A stretch of 53,369 bases of DNA, from IMG/VR virus record IMGVR_UViG_3300037706_000057, positions 1 through 53,369 of that record. The stretch is one strand, 5' to 3'. Position 1 is the first letter of the stretch. Every line of letters starts with the position of its first letter. Below are positions 1 through 8,800 of the stretch, one piece after another. The notes under the pieces are model-generated. The model saw only the letters and a program-made list of their open reading frames with translations. It searched no databases and was not told where the DNA came from. Made by a program: the position numbers and the translations under genes. Source of the stretch: a virus. Taxonomy: Duplodnaviria; Caudoviricetes.

Positions 1-108
1 CCGCGAGTCGTCGCCGCTATACCCGCACCGCTTGCGGACCATGTGGATGAAAGAGCAGCGTCGCTGGCTGTGCCGGTGGATGCAGGACCGAGAGAGGACA
101 GGAACGCT

Positions 109-336
109 ATGAAGATCTACACGCTGTTCTACAACAGCGGCTACCTGGGTGCCTACCGGGAGCGTCCGGCTGCGCAGGCAGCCGCCCGGGAGCGGGCCGA
201 GTACCGGGACGAGCTGTTCCCGGACGAGGCTGTGACCTGGGAGGAGGACGCCACGCCGGGCCGGAAGACCCGCTGGATCATGAGCGTCGGTGGCAGCTGG
301 GCCGGCTACCACGTCGCTGAGGACCAGCTCCGCTGA
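109..336 (+). CDS. Hypothetical early protein, 75 aa (allele A)
   Basis: ATG after AGAGAGGACAGGA. Frame preserved in the diverged second copy (52786-53013). Confidence 0.8.
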   Translation: MKIYTLFYNSGYLGAYRERPAAQAAARERAEYRDELFPDEAVTWEEDATPGRKTRWIMSVGGSWAGYHVAEDQLR

Positions 337-376
337 CACCCACCACCCACTACCACCACCGAAAGGGTTGATCTTG

Positions 377-619
377 ATGAACATCACCGCCGAGGAACTT
401 CGCGACCGACTTGACGCCGGACTGGTGGTCCTGATGGTCCACCCCGGCAAGCCCGAGCTGGGCTGGCGCCGGTACTCCCAGCACCCAGACAGCGGCTACC
501 TGCTGGTCGCCGAGCGCGGCGACGGGTGGGGCGAGCAGCTCGGCCCGCGGGAGGTCCACGGGGCGCTGCTGGGTGACCTACTGGACCACTGGACCGTGTC
601 CACACCGAGCGAGGGTTGA
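377..619 (+). CDS. Hypothetical early protein, 80 aa (allele A)
   Basis: GAAAGGG SD. Frame preserved in the second copy (53075-53329), with an in-frame 12-nt indel. Confidence 0.8.
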   Translation: MNITAEELRDRLDAGLVVLMVHPGKPELGWRRYSQHPDSGYLLVAERGDGWGEQLGPREVHGALLGDLLDHWTVSTPSEG

Positions 620-624
620 TCTTG

Positions 625-885
625 ATGCGTACGTACTGGTCCGAGACGCTGCAGCGCCGAGTCACCATCCCCGACGACACCGAGGAGTTAACGATGCGAA
701 CCACTACCCGTGCGTGCAATGTAAAGACGGGCGACCGGATCGTCCACCCCCACACCGGCACGGCTGTCACCGTCACCCAGACCGGCGGCTACGCCCCGTA
801 CGTCGCCCTGCACGTCAGCGCCGACACCGGCAGCGCCGACCTGCTCACGCCCGACATGCTCGACCCCATAACCGTCATCCGCTGA
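625..885 (+). CDS. Hypothetical protein (alternative in-frame start at 694)
   Basis: Start context GGGTTGATCTTGATG also precedes 377. Internal GAGGAG-ATG at 694. Confidence 0.65.
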   Translation: MRTYWSETLQRRVTIPDDTEELTMRTTTRACNVKTGDRIVHPHTGTAVTVTQTGGYAPYVALHVSADTGSADLLTPDMLDPITVIR

Positions 886-907
886 CACCGACACTGAGGA
901 GACCGCC

Positions 908-1486
908 ATGCCCCAGAGCCCCGAGTCCGCCAGCACCCCGATCAGCATGGGCGGCTGGCGCTACAACCCTGACGACGCCCAAGACGTGATCGACTTCGCA
1001 GACCACGGCGCCGACGAGCTCGCCGGGCTGGAGCGCAACCGCGGCTACGACTTCACCGACCACCCCACCCGCCAGAGCGCCACCCCCGACACCGAGGAGC
1101 CCCCCATGACCCAGCTCACCGTAGGCCAGATGATCCGCCGCCACTCCAGCCCGCTGGAGAGTACCCCGCCGCCGGTAGCCCTCCCCGTCGTCTGGCTGTC
1201 ACACCGCCGGTGGGACCTCGGCCCCAACGAGGGGATCGTCAGCGCCGCGTGGCGGGTCCAGGTGGTCGACACCCCGACGCCGTTGGCGACCCCGGACGGC
1301 CGTTGGCTGGACGTGCGCCACGTCGAGGCGCGTCGGGACATCGTCACGGCGCAGGTGGCCGAGTGGCTGGCCGAGCCGTGGCCCCAGCCGTACTCGGCGC
1401 CGCCGCGGTGGCAGCCGCAGACCGAGGTCACCGACCCCGGCGTGAGTGCCGCACTCGACGCGGCGCAGGCCCGCTACGGGGCCTGA
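908..1486 (+). CDS. Hypothetical protein (alternative in-frame start at 1106)
   Basis: GAGGAG SD before 908 and again before the in-frame ATG at 1106. Confidence 0.7.
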   Translation: MPQSPESASTPISMGGWRYNPDDAQDVIDFADHGADELAGLERNRGYDFTDHPTRQSATPDTEEPPMTQLTVGQMIRRHSSPLESTPPPVALPVVWLSHRRWDLGPNEGIVSAAWRVQVVDTPTPLATPDGRWLDVRHVEARRDIVTAQVAEWLAEPWPQPYSAPPRWQPQTEVTDPGVSAALDAAQARYGA

Positions 1487-1571
1487 GCGCTGCCCGGTCC
1501 TCACCCGCTCCGGCGGGCGGGGGCCGAGTGGCGGACCAGACCCGCCACCCGACCGAGAGGAGCAGATCATG
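1480..1571 (+). repeat. Structured intergenic repeat, copy 1
   Basis: GGCCTGAGCGCTGCCCGG...GGGGCCGAGTGGCGGA-CAGACCC-CCACCCGACC shared with 1802-1898. Forms an extended stem-loop. Confidence 0.85.
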
Positions 1572-1754
1572 ACACCGGAACAGCGCGCCATGGAGGTCCG
1601 CACCGAGATCTCCGCCCGGCTCGCCGCTGGCGAGCGTGACGTGCCAACGGTCTGGGCACGCCGGGACTCGGAGACCGAGGCCGACTGGCGTGCCCGCGTG
1701 GCCGCTGAGAAGCGGATGCGCGGCTGGGCGCCGGATGCCAGCCCGCACGGCTAA
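1569..1754 (+). CDS. Hypothetical protein, 61 aa
   Basis: GAGAGGAG SD, ATG at 1569. Confidence 0.7.
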   Translation: MTPEQRAMEVRTEISARLAAGERDVPTVWARRDSETEADWRARVAAEKRMRGWAPDASPHG

Positions 1755-1801
1755 CCCCGGGGCACGAGGCAGATGAGCGGCCGAGCACCCGTGACCGAGC
1801 T

Positions 1802-1898
1802 GGCCTGAGCGCTGCCCGGCCCTAACCGCCCCACCCGGGGCGGCGGGGGCCGAGTGGCGGAGCAGACCCACCACCCGACCAGAGAGCAGGATCCCATG
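1802..1898 (+). repeat. Structured intergenic repeat, copy 2
   Basis: Similar to 1480-1571. Inner hairpin CCGCCCC-accc-GGGGCGG. Confidence 0.85.
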
Positions 1899-2363
1899 AC
1901 CTACCCACTCACACCCACAGCACCCACCATGCCCACCGCACCCATCCAGCCGGTACGGCCGGTACGGAACCGGCCACCCGCGTGGCTGGTGGTCGGCTTC
2001 ACCGGCCTGGCCAGCCTGCTCATCGGGATCGGCATCGGCGGCAGCGGCGACGCCACCGCCCCCGCGGCCACCAGCCCACCGCCCGCGGCCACAACCACCG
2101 TCCCCGCCGCGTGCCTGGACGCCCTGGACGACGCTGAGGAGCTGATGGCGATCACCAGCGAGTTCACCGGCATCGTCGAGGACCTGCCGATGATGGTCTA
2201 CGAAGCGGCCCAGGCCGGCGCGACGTACGACACCGCGGCCATCGATGGACTGACCGTACGACTGGAGGAGATCACGGTGGAGGTGGAGGGGCTGACCGCG
2301 CGGGTCAGTTCGTCCGGGTACCGCGACCAGGCGGCCCAGTGCCGCGACGCGGCCGGCGAGTAG
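1896..2363 (+). CDS. Membrane-anchored protein with Pro/Thr linker and helical two-Cys domain
   Basis: TM segment WLVVGFTGLASLLIGIGIGG. Two Cys (AACLDAL, AQCRD). Confidence 0.75.
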   Translation: MTYPLTPTAPTMPTAPIQPVRPVRNRPPAWLVVGFTGLASLLIGIGIGGSGDATAPAATSPPPAATTTVPAACLDALDDAEELMAITSEFTGIVEDLPMMVYEAAQAGATYDTAAIDGLTVRLEEITVEVEGLTARVSSSGYRDQAAQCRDAAGE

Positions 2364-2402
2364 CGAGAGTGGCCGTGGGCGCCCGCCCCGGACACGACGG
2401 AG

Positions 2403-2440
2403 GGGAGCCCTCCCGGGCCACCGCAGCCGGGAGGGCTCCC
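2403..2440. terminator. Probable bidirectional terminator between convergent genes
   Basis: Perfect 14-bp inverted repeat GGGAGCCCTCCCGG/CCGGGAGGGCTCCC. Confidence 0.75.
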
Positions 2441-2500
2441 ACTCACCCACCACCCGCCGCGCTCCGCCAGCGCAGCCGAGTTATGCCATTCGCGCCGCGC

Positions 2501-2668
2501 CTACGGCCGGTCGCACGCCGGCGGCTTGAACGCCGGGTCTCCGTTGCCGTGCTGGCCCGGTGCGCAGCTGTGGGACTCGCCCGGTCCGGGGTTGGCGCCG
2601 GCTGGTGCCGCGAGCCCGGCCGCGGCGAGCAGTCCTGCCGCCACCGCCGCAATGATCTTGATCCGCAT
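2501..2668 (-). CDS. Small secreted peptide precursor, 55 aa (not in ORF track)
   Basis: GGAGGAGG SD. Translation MRIKIIAAVAAGLLAAAGLAAPAGA|NPGPGESHSCAPGQHGNGDPAFKPPACDRP, a Sec-type signal ending A-G-A. Confidence 0.8.
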   Translation of the reverse strand: MRIKIIAAVAAGLLAAAGLAAPAGANPGPGESHSCAPGQHGNGDPAFKPPACDRP

Positions 2669-2710
2669 GGTTCCTCCTCCGCTCCGTTTCTATTATCGCG
2701 CGGTGGCATG

Positions 2711-2756
2711 ACGAAGGGCGGCCCGGCCGGGGAGTCCCCACTCCCGGCCGGGCCGC
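2711..2756 (-). terminator. Intrinsic terminator ending the late/lysis operon
   Basis: 17-bp GC-rich stem with one bulge (2718-2756), followed on the minus strand by CCTTCGT. Confidence 0.7.
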
Positions 2757-2795
2757 TCCACCCTAACCACCCGACCACGCCCCAGCGTGGACGCC

Positions 2796-3047
2796 TTACC
2801 CTGCCTTACCGGGCAAGCTGCGCTGTCGCCGCGCCTTGCGCCGGTAGGCCAGCCAGAAGTGAATTGGAACCCACAGGCTGAGCGCACCGATCAACGCGGC
2901 GGTCACCTCACCGGGGATGTGCCGCACTACGAGCGTGGTCCACGGCTCGGTATCGGCTGAGCTGTCGCACGCGGCGAGGATCTCCATGCCGATGACCAGC
3001 CCGGTCAGGCCTAGGAACGCTATCCGCCAACGGGTGGCCGCGCTCAC
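2796..3047 (-). CDS. Small membrane protein (2 TM)
   Basis: GGAGA SD, GTGA overlap, two hydrophobic segments. Confidence 0.65.
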   Translation of the reverse strand: MSAATRWRIAFLGLTGLVIGMEILAACDSSADTEPWTTLVVRHIPGEVTAALIGALSLWVPIHFWLAYRRKARRQRSLPGKAG

Positions 3048-3325
3048 CGCTGTGTCTCCCGCTCTACCCGGGCGCACAGCGGATCCCGGTAGAACATGCC
3101 AGCGTCGTTCACGCCGCACGCGCAGGCCGGACCGCGGTGGACCAGACTCTCGTGCACCGGCGCCCCCGCAGCAGCGAGGGCCATCCGCCACGCCCGGATC
3201 ATCGGCAGCACCTCGGCCTGCACCACCTGGTGAGGGGACGTCGGCCGGGCATGGTCACCTAGCCCCAGCTCCCGCAGGATGGCGGCAAGGTCGTCCTGCA
3301 TCACATCCTGCTCGGTCCGACTCAC
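3044..3325 (-). CDS. Hypothetical protein
   Basis: GTGA coupling with both neighbours. Confidence 0.6.
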   Translation of the reverse strand: MSRTEQDVMQDDLAAILRELGLGDHARPTSPHQVVQAEVLPMIRAWRMALAAAGAPVHESLVHRGPACACGVNDAGMFYRDPLCARVERETQR

Positions 3326-3444
3326 GCCAGCACCGCCAGCAGGATGAGCAGCAGCGCCAGGCCGACCAGCAGGAATCCGGCGCCGAAGTCGGCGCCCGGG
3401 TCGCGGATCTCCTCGGTCTCGATCGGGCGCTCGGACGGCTCCAT
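3322..3444 (-). CDS. Small single-TM protein, 40 aa
   Basis: AAGGAG SD, C-terminal hydrophobic run. Confidence 0.55.
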   Translation of the reverse strand: MEPSERPIETEEIRDPGADFGAGFLLVGLALLLILLAVLA

Positions 3445-3476
3445 CTTGAGCCACTCCTTGTCTGCCGGCGGCGGTC

Positions 3477-3803
3477 TCACCGCGTACCCACAAGCTCGCG
3501 GGCGCCGGTCAGCTCCGGCTCCACGCCACTCTCGTCGATCACGCACGCCTCATCGGCCCAGACCGTGCCGGGCAGGCCGCACACGCCCCAGTGCCGGTGT
3601 TCGGCCATGAACCCGCCGGCCGCCCGGGCGATGGGTGCGTGCCGGTCGCACGCGGCCAGTGAGACGTCGCCCCACGGGTCGGACATGGTCCGCACGTGCA
3701 CGGTGGCCGGCTCGCCGCACGCCGGGCCGTGCCCGGTCGGGCCGTGGTACTGGCAGACGCCGCGGTAGTCGTTGCTGGCCGGTCCGACGCCGGGCGCGCT
3801 CAC
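3477..3803 (-). CDS. Cys/His-rich hypothetical protein
   Basis: GTGA overlap with the holin stop. Several C/H clusters. Confidence 0.6.
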   Translation of the reverse strand: MSAPGVGPASNDYRGVCQYHGPTGHGPACGEPATVHVRTMSDPWGDVSLAACDRHAPIARAAGGFMAEHRHWGVCGLPGTVWADEACVIDESGVEPELTGARELVGTR

Positions 3804-4063
3804 CGCTGGGCCTCTTGCTCCGGCCGCCGGAGTCGGTCCCGGTCCGCAACCGTCGCCCCGGACCAGGACCGGCGTCGGCCCCACCACCACACCAGCAGCG
3901 GTCCCACCGTTGCGGCCAGCGCGATGATCCCCGGCCGGGCGTCGTCTGGCACCGGCAGGCCGTAGCCGACCGCCACCCCGATCACCGCGGTGGCCAGTGA
4001 GGTCCACGTGGCCGGCAGCGCCAACGGCTCGTGCGACGTCGGATCTGGCACGTGCTCGCTCAT
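3800..4063 (-). CDS. Probable holin
   Basis: Two TM segments, charged C-terminus, located in the lysis cassette. Confidence 0.65.
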   Translation of the reverse strand: MSEHVPDPTSHEPLALPATWTSLATAVIGVAVGYGLPVPDDARPGIIALAATVGPLLVWWWGRRRSWSGATVADRDRLRRPEQEAQR

Positions 4064-4070
4064 GTCAACC

Positions 4071-4412
4071 TCATCTCTGCAAAAGGATCGCGGCGACCAC
4101 TGCCCCGGCGACCGTCGCCAGGGTGCCGAGCACGGTGGCCAGCTTCGCGATCGGCGACCAGCTCTGATCGCTACGGGCGCGGCGTGCCGCGTCAGCCTTC
4201 TCCAGCGCCGCAGCGGTCGTGATCACCGTAGCGTCGCGGGCGACCGCCTGATCGGCCATGCGCTGCACGGCCAGCGCCATCGTCTGCATCTCCTTGCTGA
4301 TCTTCTCCAGCGAGCCATTGATAGATGCGAAATGCCGATCGTGCGAGTCCAGCCGCTCGGCGATCCCCCCGGCGGCCAGGCCCCGCTGGTAGTCGTCGTC
4401 AGCCGCGCTCAT
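4071..4412 (-). CDS. Lysis-cassette membrane protein (coiled coil + C-terminal TM)
   Basis: Helical region then LATVLGTLATVAGAVVAAILL. Directly after the endolysin. Confidence 0.65.
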   Translation of the reverse strand: MSAADDDYQRGLAAGGIAERLDSHDRHFASINGSLEKISKEMQTMALAVQRMADQAVARDATVITTAAALEKADAARRARSDQSWSPIAKLATVLGTLATVAGAVVAAILLQR

Positions 4413-4430
4413 GGCTGCCCCCTCGTTGCA

Positions 4431-5474
4431 TCAGGCCGGCGCCGGGGCCAGCCGCCGGCCGATCTCATCCACCACCGCGGCCGCGTCCCGCTCCCCGCTG
4501 GTGGCCTGCCGCACCAGCTCCGCCAACTCCGCCCGCTCCGCCGCAGCCGCCCGCTCGGCCACCTCCCGCGCCTGGTCCAGCTCCGCCAGCCGGACACTCA
4601 CCCACAGGTGATGCTCGTCGATCTTGGCCAGCACCGCCGGCGTGTCCGAGCCGGTGACCGCGGCCAGCACCGCCTCCAGCAGCTCCCGGTCCCGGATCTG
4701 CCCCGGCGCGGAGCCGTCGTGGACCTGCCTCACCAGCGTCCCGTACGAGGCGCCGGCGGTCGGGTTCTCCCGCTGCCACACGTCCGCCGCGGTCCTGGCG
4801 CGGCCGGCCGGGGACGAGCCCATGGCCGCGTAGCCGAGCAGCCCGGCGGCGACCCGCGACCAGTTGTCCGGCATCGTCTCGTCGGCCAGGGCGGTGATCT
4901 GAGGCCCGCTTCCGTCGCGGTTCAGGCTCTCGGTCCACATGCTGTCTCCCTCGATCAGCTCGGCGACCCGGCCGCGGAAGGCGGCCATGCCGAATGTCGG
5001 GTCGCTCTTGTCTCCGGGCTGGTGCTCCTTGTGCCCGACCAGCCGGCCAGCCGGCCAGCCGAGCCGGGTGCAGATCGCAGCCCAGCCGCGGGCGTACGCC
5101 TCGTACTGCACAGCCGGCCATAGCTCGGTCCGGTTGTCATTGTTGGCTTCCACCCCGAGCAGGTTCGTGTTGCCGAGCCCGGCGGCGGGGCCGGCCCAAC
5201 CGGTCAGGGCGGTGTTGCACCGGCCGGACGCGAGCACATGCCACCGGCCCGTGCGGTCAACGCAGCAGTTGGCGATCGGCCCGGCCAGGGTGGCGTGCCC
5301 GTCGCGGACGATCCGCACCTGATCCTCATCAGCCTGGCTGGCCGGCGCGGCGGTGGCGTGGACGATCCCGTACTGGGGCGCCCACGGCTCCCACCCGCGG
5401 GTCTGCCAACCGATGTGAGGCACCACCTGCAGACCGGCGTCGACGAGCACGTCGACCAGCCACAGAGCACGCAT
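4431..5474 (-). CDS. Endolysin, N-acetylmuramoyl-L-alanine amidase (Amidase_2-type)
   Basis: Motifs IVHATA, LLGVEANND, GHKEH...KSDP. Confidence 0.88.
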   Translation of the reverse strand: MRALWLVDVLVDAGLQVVPHIGWQTRGWEPWAPQYGIVHATAAPASQADEDQVRIVRDGHATLAGPIANCCVDRTGRWHVLASGRCNTALTGWAGPAAGLGNTNLLGVEANNDNRTELWPAVQYEAYARGWAAICTRLGWPAGRLVGHKEHQPGDKSDPTFGMAAFRGRVAELIEGDSMWTESLNRDGSGPQITALADETMPDNWSRVAAGLLGYAAMGSSPAGRARTAADVWQRENPTAGASYGTLVRQVHDGSAPGQIRDRELLEAVLAAVTGSDTPAVLAKIDEHHLWVSVRLAELDQAREVAERAAAAERAELAELVRQATSGERDAAAVVDEIGRRLAPAPA

Positions 5475-5487
5475 CGCCCTACCCCCG

Positions 5488-5928
5488 TCATCCGTAGGCG
5501 TACTGGCACCACAGCAGCGCCGGTGTCAACGCGGCCGCATCCAGCCGGCAGGAGCCGGTCCCGCCGTTGCGTTCGGCGGTGACCACGAACGTCTGGTTTC
5601 CGGTGGTGCTGGCGGTCCAGAACGCCATCAGCGGCAGCGGGCCGTACCCGAACGACGAGGAGCCGCCGCCGATCTGCTGGCCGAGCTGCATCGTCGAGCC
5701 GGCCACGTCGGTCGGCTTCAACCGGCACACGATCTGGTCGGTGGCCACCGATGAGCCCCACCGGGCCATGCACCACACCTGGTAGGTGCGGCCGGCCACC
5801 AGCGGCCGGTCCGCCAGCGTCATCACGACCACCTCGGTGGTGAACGCGGAGCTGTCCGAGGTGACAATCGTCGGGGTGCCGATCATCTCCCCGGGGATGC
5901 GTCCGTCCACATAGAGTGTGCCGGCCAT
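5488..5928 (-). CDS. Minor tail protein (beta-rich)
   Basis: Position at the end of the tail module and composition. Confidence 0.6.
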   Translation of the reverse strand: MAGTLYVDGRIPGEMIGTPTIVTSDSSAFTTEVVVMTLADRPLVAGRTYQVWCMARWGSSVATDQIVCRLKPTDVAGSTMQLGQQIGGGSSSFGYGPLPLMAFWTASTTGNQTFVVTAERNGGTGSCRLDAAALTPALLWCQYAYG

Positions 5929-5932
5929 GCCG

Positions 5933-8800
5933 CTACCCCCAGGGTCCGATCACGGTCTGGTGCCACATCTCCACCGGTGAGCCGGTGGCGTGAGCCTTGA
6001 CGATCCCGTTGACCGAACGGACCACGGTCAGGGTCTGGGTCCGGTTCGGGAAGGTACCGGTCGCCGAGCCGGCGGCGGTGACGGTCATCCGCTCCCCACC
6101 CACCTGGATGTCGTAGTCGGTACCCTCGTGGACCCAGTCATCGCCGGCGCCGCAGTGGATGTCAACACCGGCCTCGGTGGTGTCGAGCGCTTCGCCCAGC
6201 GTCGTCGAGTCCGAGCCGGTGACCCCGTAGGTCTGGTCCCCGACGACCGCGACCAGGAACGGCCGCGCGGCGGTGGTGTGCAGGTCCACCAGCCACTCAT
6301 CCACGGTAATCGTCTCGGTGATACCCAGGACGATCTGCTCGATGTCCTCGGCCGGCATGCCGGCCGGCGGGTTGGCGATGGCGATCAGCGCGCCCTCGGC
6401 AAGCGCCTGGACGGCGGCGACCAGCGCCGGCCCGTCCGTCCGCAGGCTCAGCGACCGCATGTTGATGCGGATGGTCGGGTACCGGTCCTCATCGTGTGTG
6501 CCGTGCCATGCCCACCAGCCGGACACGGACGCCAGTTGCACGTCGGAGGCCACCCCGAACGTCTCCTGTTTCGCCACCCGCCCGGCAGCGTCGACTCCGC
6601 GCGGGCCGGTGGTGATGACCGTCCGGTGCTCCCCACCGTCCGGGCGGCCGGCGGTCACATCGTTCGCCAGGCCGAAATCGTCCGGGGTCACCTCGAACGG
6701 CGGGCTGATGTGAGCCTCGGCCCAGTCCAACGTCAGGTCCGCCGTACGTGGCAGGTAGAGGGACGTCAACGCGTTGAAGTGCAGCCCGGCCGCGGCCTGC
6801 TGCTCGACCAGGATCGGCGCGCGCGAGCCGGCCGCCTCAACCTTGGCGCACTCGCCCAGCACGCCCAGGAACTCCCCCGGCCGCTGTGGACCCATCATCG
6901 CCGTGTGCGGACTGGTCAGCACCAGCAGGTCATCCACGCTCATCGTGAGCGGCAGGCCGTTGGTGATGCTGGGGTGTAGCGCCATCCGGACGCCCACCGA
7001 GCCGGCGGCGGTGATGGTCGAGTCGGTGGCCTCCGCCACCCACGGCACCGGCTCGGCCTCGGCCGCGTCCCACACCTTCATGCGCAGCAGGTTGCCGCGG
7101 AGCTGGCCGCGGACCCGGATGGCGGAGCTGGCGTCATACACCAGCTCATCGGTGAACGTGACCTGGGCGAGGTTGGACGGCGTGCCACCGCTGACCAGGC
7201 CGATCGTCGCGGTCACCTGGCCGGTGGACGTGCCGGTCGCCTGAAACTGCACGACGAATTGATACAGGTTATCGATATCCTGGGTGCGGACCGTCACCGC
7301 CGCCTGTGCGAAGCCGGCGCCGGTGAACAGCTGGCCAGGGTAGAACGTCCGGTAAACGTCCACGTCGGACATGGTGACGTCGAGGAACGTCTGCCGGACA
7401 GAGTTGAGCATGTCGACCTCGATGTGGCTGCGACCGCTGGACACCGAGTAGTCGGCAGCGTCACCGCCGGAGGTCGTCCACTCCTGGCCGGTGTCAGCGT
7501 CGCCCCACCCGTTGGACTCAGTGCGGGTGGAGGTGTCGGCCGCCACCTCGACACCGGGGCCGGTCAGCGCCACGCCCTGCTCCAGGCACAACCGCCCCAC
7601 CCGGTCGCCGGCCGGCTCCCCGTCATGGCCGCGGCCTGCCCGGTACAGCCGAACCAGTGTGTCCGCGATCGCGTCCGCCGCAAAGCCGCGCACCACCGCC
7701 GGCGCGGCGAACGACATCCCCCCGCCGGCGTCCAGCAGCGCGGTGGCCCGCACCTGCTTGGGGGTGCCCACGTCCAGGCTGGACAGCGACCCGACGTTCA
7801 GCGTCATCCCGATCTCGGCCCCGTTGAGCAGCACGGTCAGCACAGCGTTCGATCCGGACTGCTCCACCACTGCGGAGAAGTTGACCCACTCGTCGGTGAT
7901 CGGGATCGTGACCGTGTTGGACAGGCTGGCTTCAAGGCTGCCGGCATCGTCGTAGGCCTCGACGCTGACGGTGATGTCCTCCTGGGTGCCGCGCCAGATC
8001 AGCCACAGCACCCAGTTCGTTGTGGCGGTGTCCACCCATATGGTCATCTGAGATGACAGGTCGTCATCACCGTCGCCCCGCCCCCAGATACTCCAGCCGA
8101 ACAGGTCCGCCGCACCCGCGCCGGGAACCGGGCCGGTCAGACCTATGCCGGCGGCAGTGGAGCGCACCGCCGGGCACGCACCCAGCCCTGGGCCGGTCGA
8201 GTCCGCGGACCACTCGATGGCGTGCGCCCGCTTCTTGAAGGGCGAGCCGATCTTACGCAGCCGCATCGGACCGACACCGGCCACCGCAGACGGCGCGGCG
8301 GTCACGTGCTGGCCCAGCCCCGCCAGCGGCCAGCAGGCGATCACACCCGGCTCACCCGCCGCGGCCCGCGTCAGCGCCGGGTCCAACGGCGCCGCGGCCA
8401 CCCCCAGCCGGCGCAGCACCCCGGCGGCCTGCAGAGGCACCCACCGGTCGCGTTCGGACACGTCCCACCGCGGCGGCCAGGACACCACCTCCTGGACCGT
8501 GCGCACCGTCGGCGTGTCGCCGACCAGCCCGGCAGACAGCCGGATCGGCGTGTTGGGGCCGATCAGCCCGAACAGGTCGGACATCGGGTTACGCGTGGCG
8601 TACCGGTTGGTCACCGCTGGGTTGACCTTGCTCTCGCCGTTCTGCAGGGTCAGTCCGAGCGAGCCGGCGTCGGCCGAGCCGCCCTCGTTGGCGATGCCGC
8701 GGGTGACCTGGGCCGGGTCCTCCTCCTTGGTGTCGGCGGTGATGTCATGCCACTGCCCGGAGTAGAAGATCTCGACGGTCCGTGTGGTCAGCTCGGCCAT
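5933..8800 (-). CDS. Large minor tail / tail-tip protein, 955 aa, with lectin-like beta domains
   Basis: Start MAELTTRTVEIFYSG coupled by TGATG. Downstream of tape measure. The ORF-track N-terminal extension is a shadow of the upstream gene. Confidence 0.8.
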   Translation of the reverse strand: MAELTTRTVEIFYSGQWHDITADTKEEDPAQVTRGIANEGGSADAGSLGLTLQNGESKVNPAVTNRYATRNPMSDLFGLIGPNTPIRLSAGLVGDTPTVRTVQEVVSWPPRWDVSERDRWVPLQAAGVLRRLGVAAAPLDPALTRAAAGEPGVIACWPLAGLGQHVTAAPSAVAGVGPMRLRKIGSPFKKRAHAIEWSADSTGPGLGACPAVRSTAAGIGLTGPVPGAGAADLFGWSIWGRGDGDDDLSSQMTIWVDTATTNWVLWLIWRGTQEDITVSVEAYDDAGSLEASLSNTVTIPITDEWVNFSAVVEQSGSNAVLTVLLNGAEIGMTLNVGSLSSLDVGTPKQVRATALLDAGGGMSFAAPAVVRGFAADAIADTLVRLYRAGRGHDGEPAGDRVGRLCLEQGVALTGPGVEVAADTSTRTESNGWGDADTGQEWTTSGGDAADYSVSSGRSHIEVDMLNSVRQTFLDVTMSDVDVYRTFYPGQLFTGAGFAQAAVTVRTQDIDNLYQFVVQFQATGTSTGQVTATIGLVSGGTPSNLAQVTFTDELVYDASSAIRVRGQLRGNLLRMKVWDAAEAEPVPWVAEATDSTITAAGSVGVRMALHPSITNGLPLTMSVDDLLVLTSPHTAMMGPQRPGEFLGVLGECAKVEAAGSRAPILVEQQAAAGLHFNALTSLYLPRTADLTLDWAEAHISPPFEVTPDDFGLANDVTAGRPDGGEHRTVITTGPRGVDAAGRVAKQETFGVASDVQLASVSGWWAWHGTHDEDRYPTIRINMRSLSLRTDGPALVAAVQALAEGALIAIANPPAGMPAEDIEQIVLGITETITVDEWLVDLHTTAARPFLVAVVGDQTYGVTGSDSTTLGEALDTTEAGVDIHCGAGDDWVHEGTDYDIQVGGERMTVTAAGSATGTFPNRTQTLTVVRSVNGIVKAHATGSPVEMWHQTVIGPWG

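Larger units (their letters stand above)
1..659 (+). repeat. Imperfect direct repeat, left copy (matches 52678-53369)
   Basis: Same sequence and ORFs as 52678-53369. Identical at both edges, many substitutions internally, and the right copy has 21-nt and 12-nt insertions. Confidence 0.97.

Noticed and set aside
1-659. Diverged end copies as a diversity-generating retroelement TR/VR pair
   Set aside because: No reverse transcriptase is recognisable, and the differences are not adenine-specific and include indels.
1480-1898. Repeats as a mini CRISPR array
   Set aside because: Only two long imperfect copies separated by a gene, and no cas genes.
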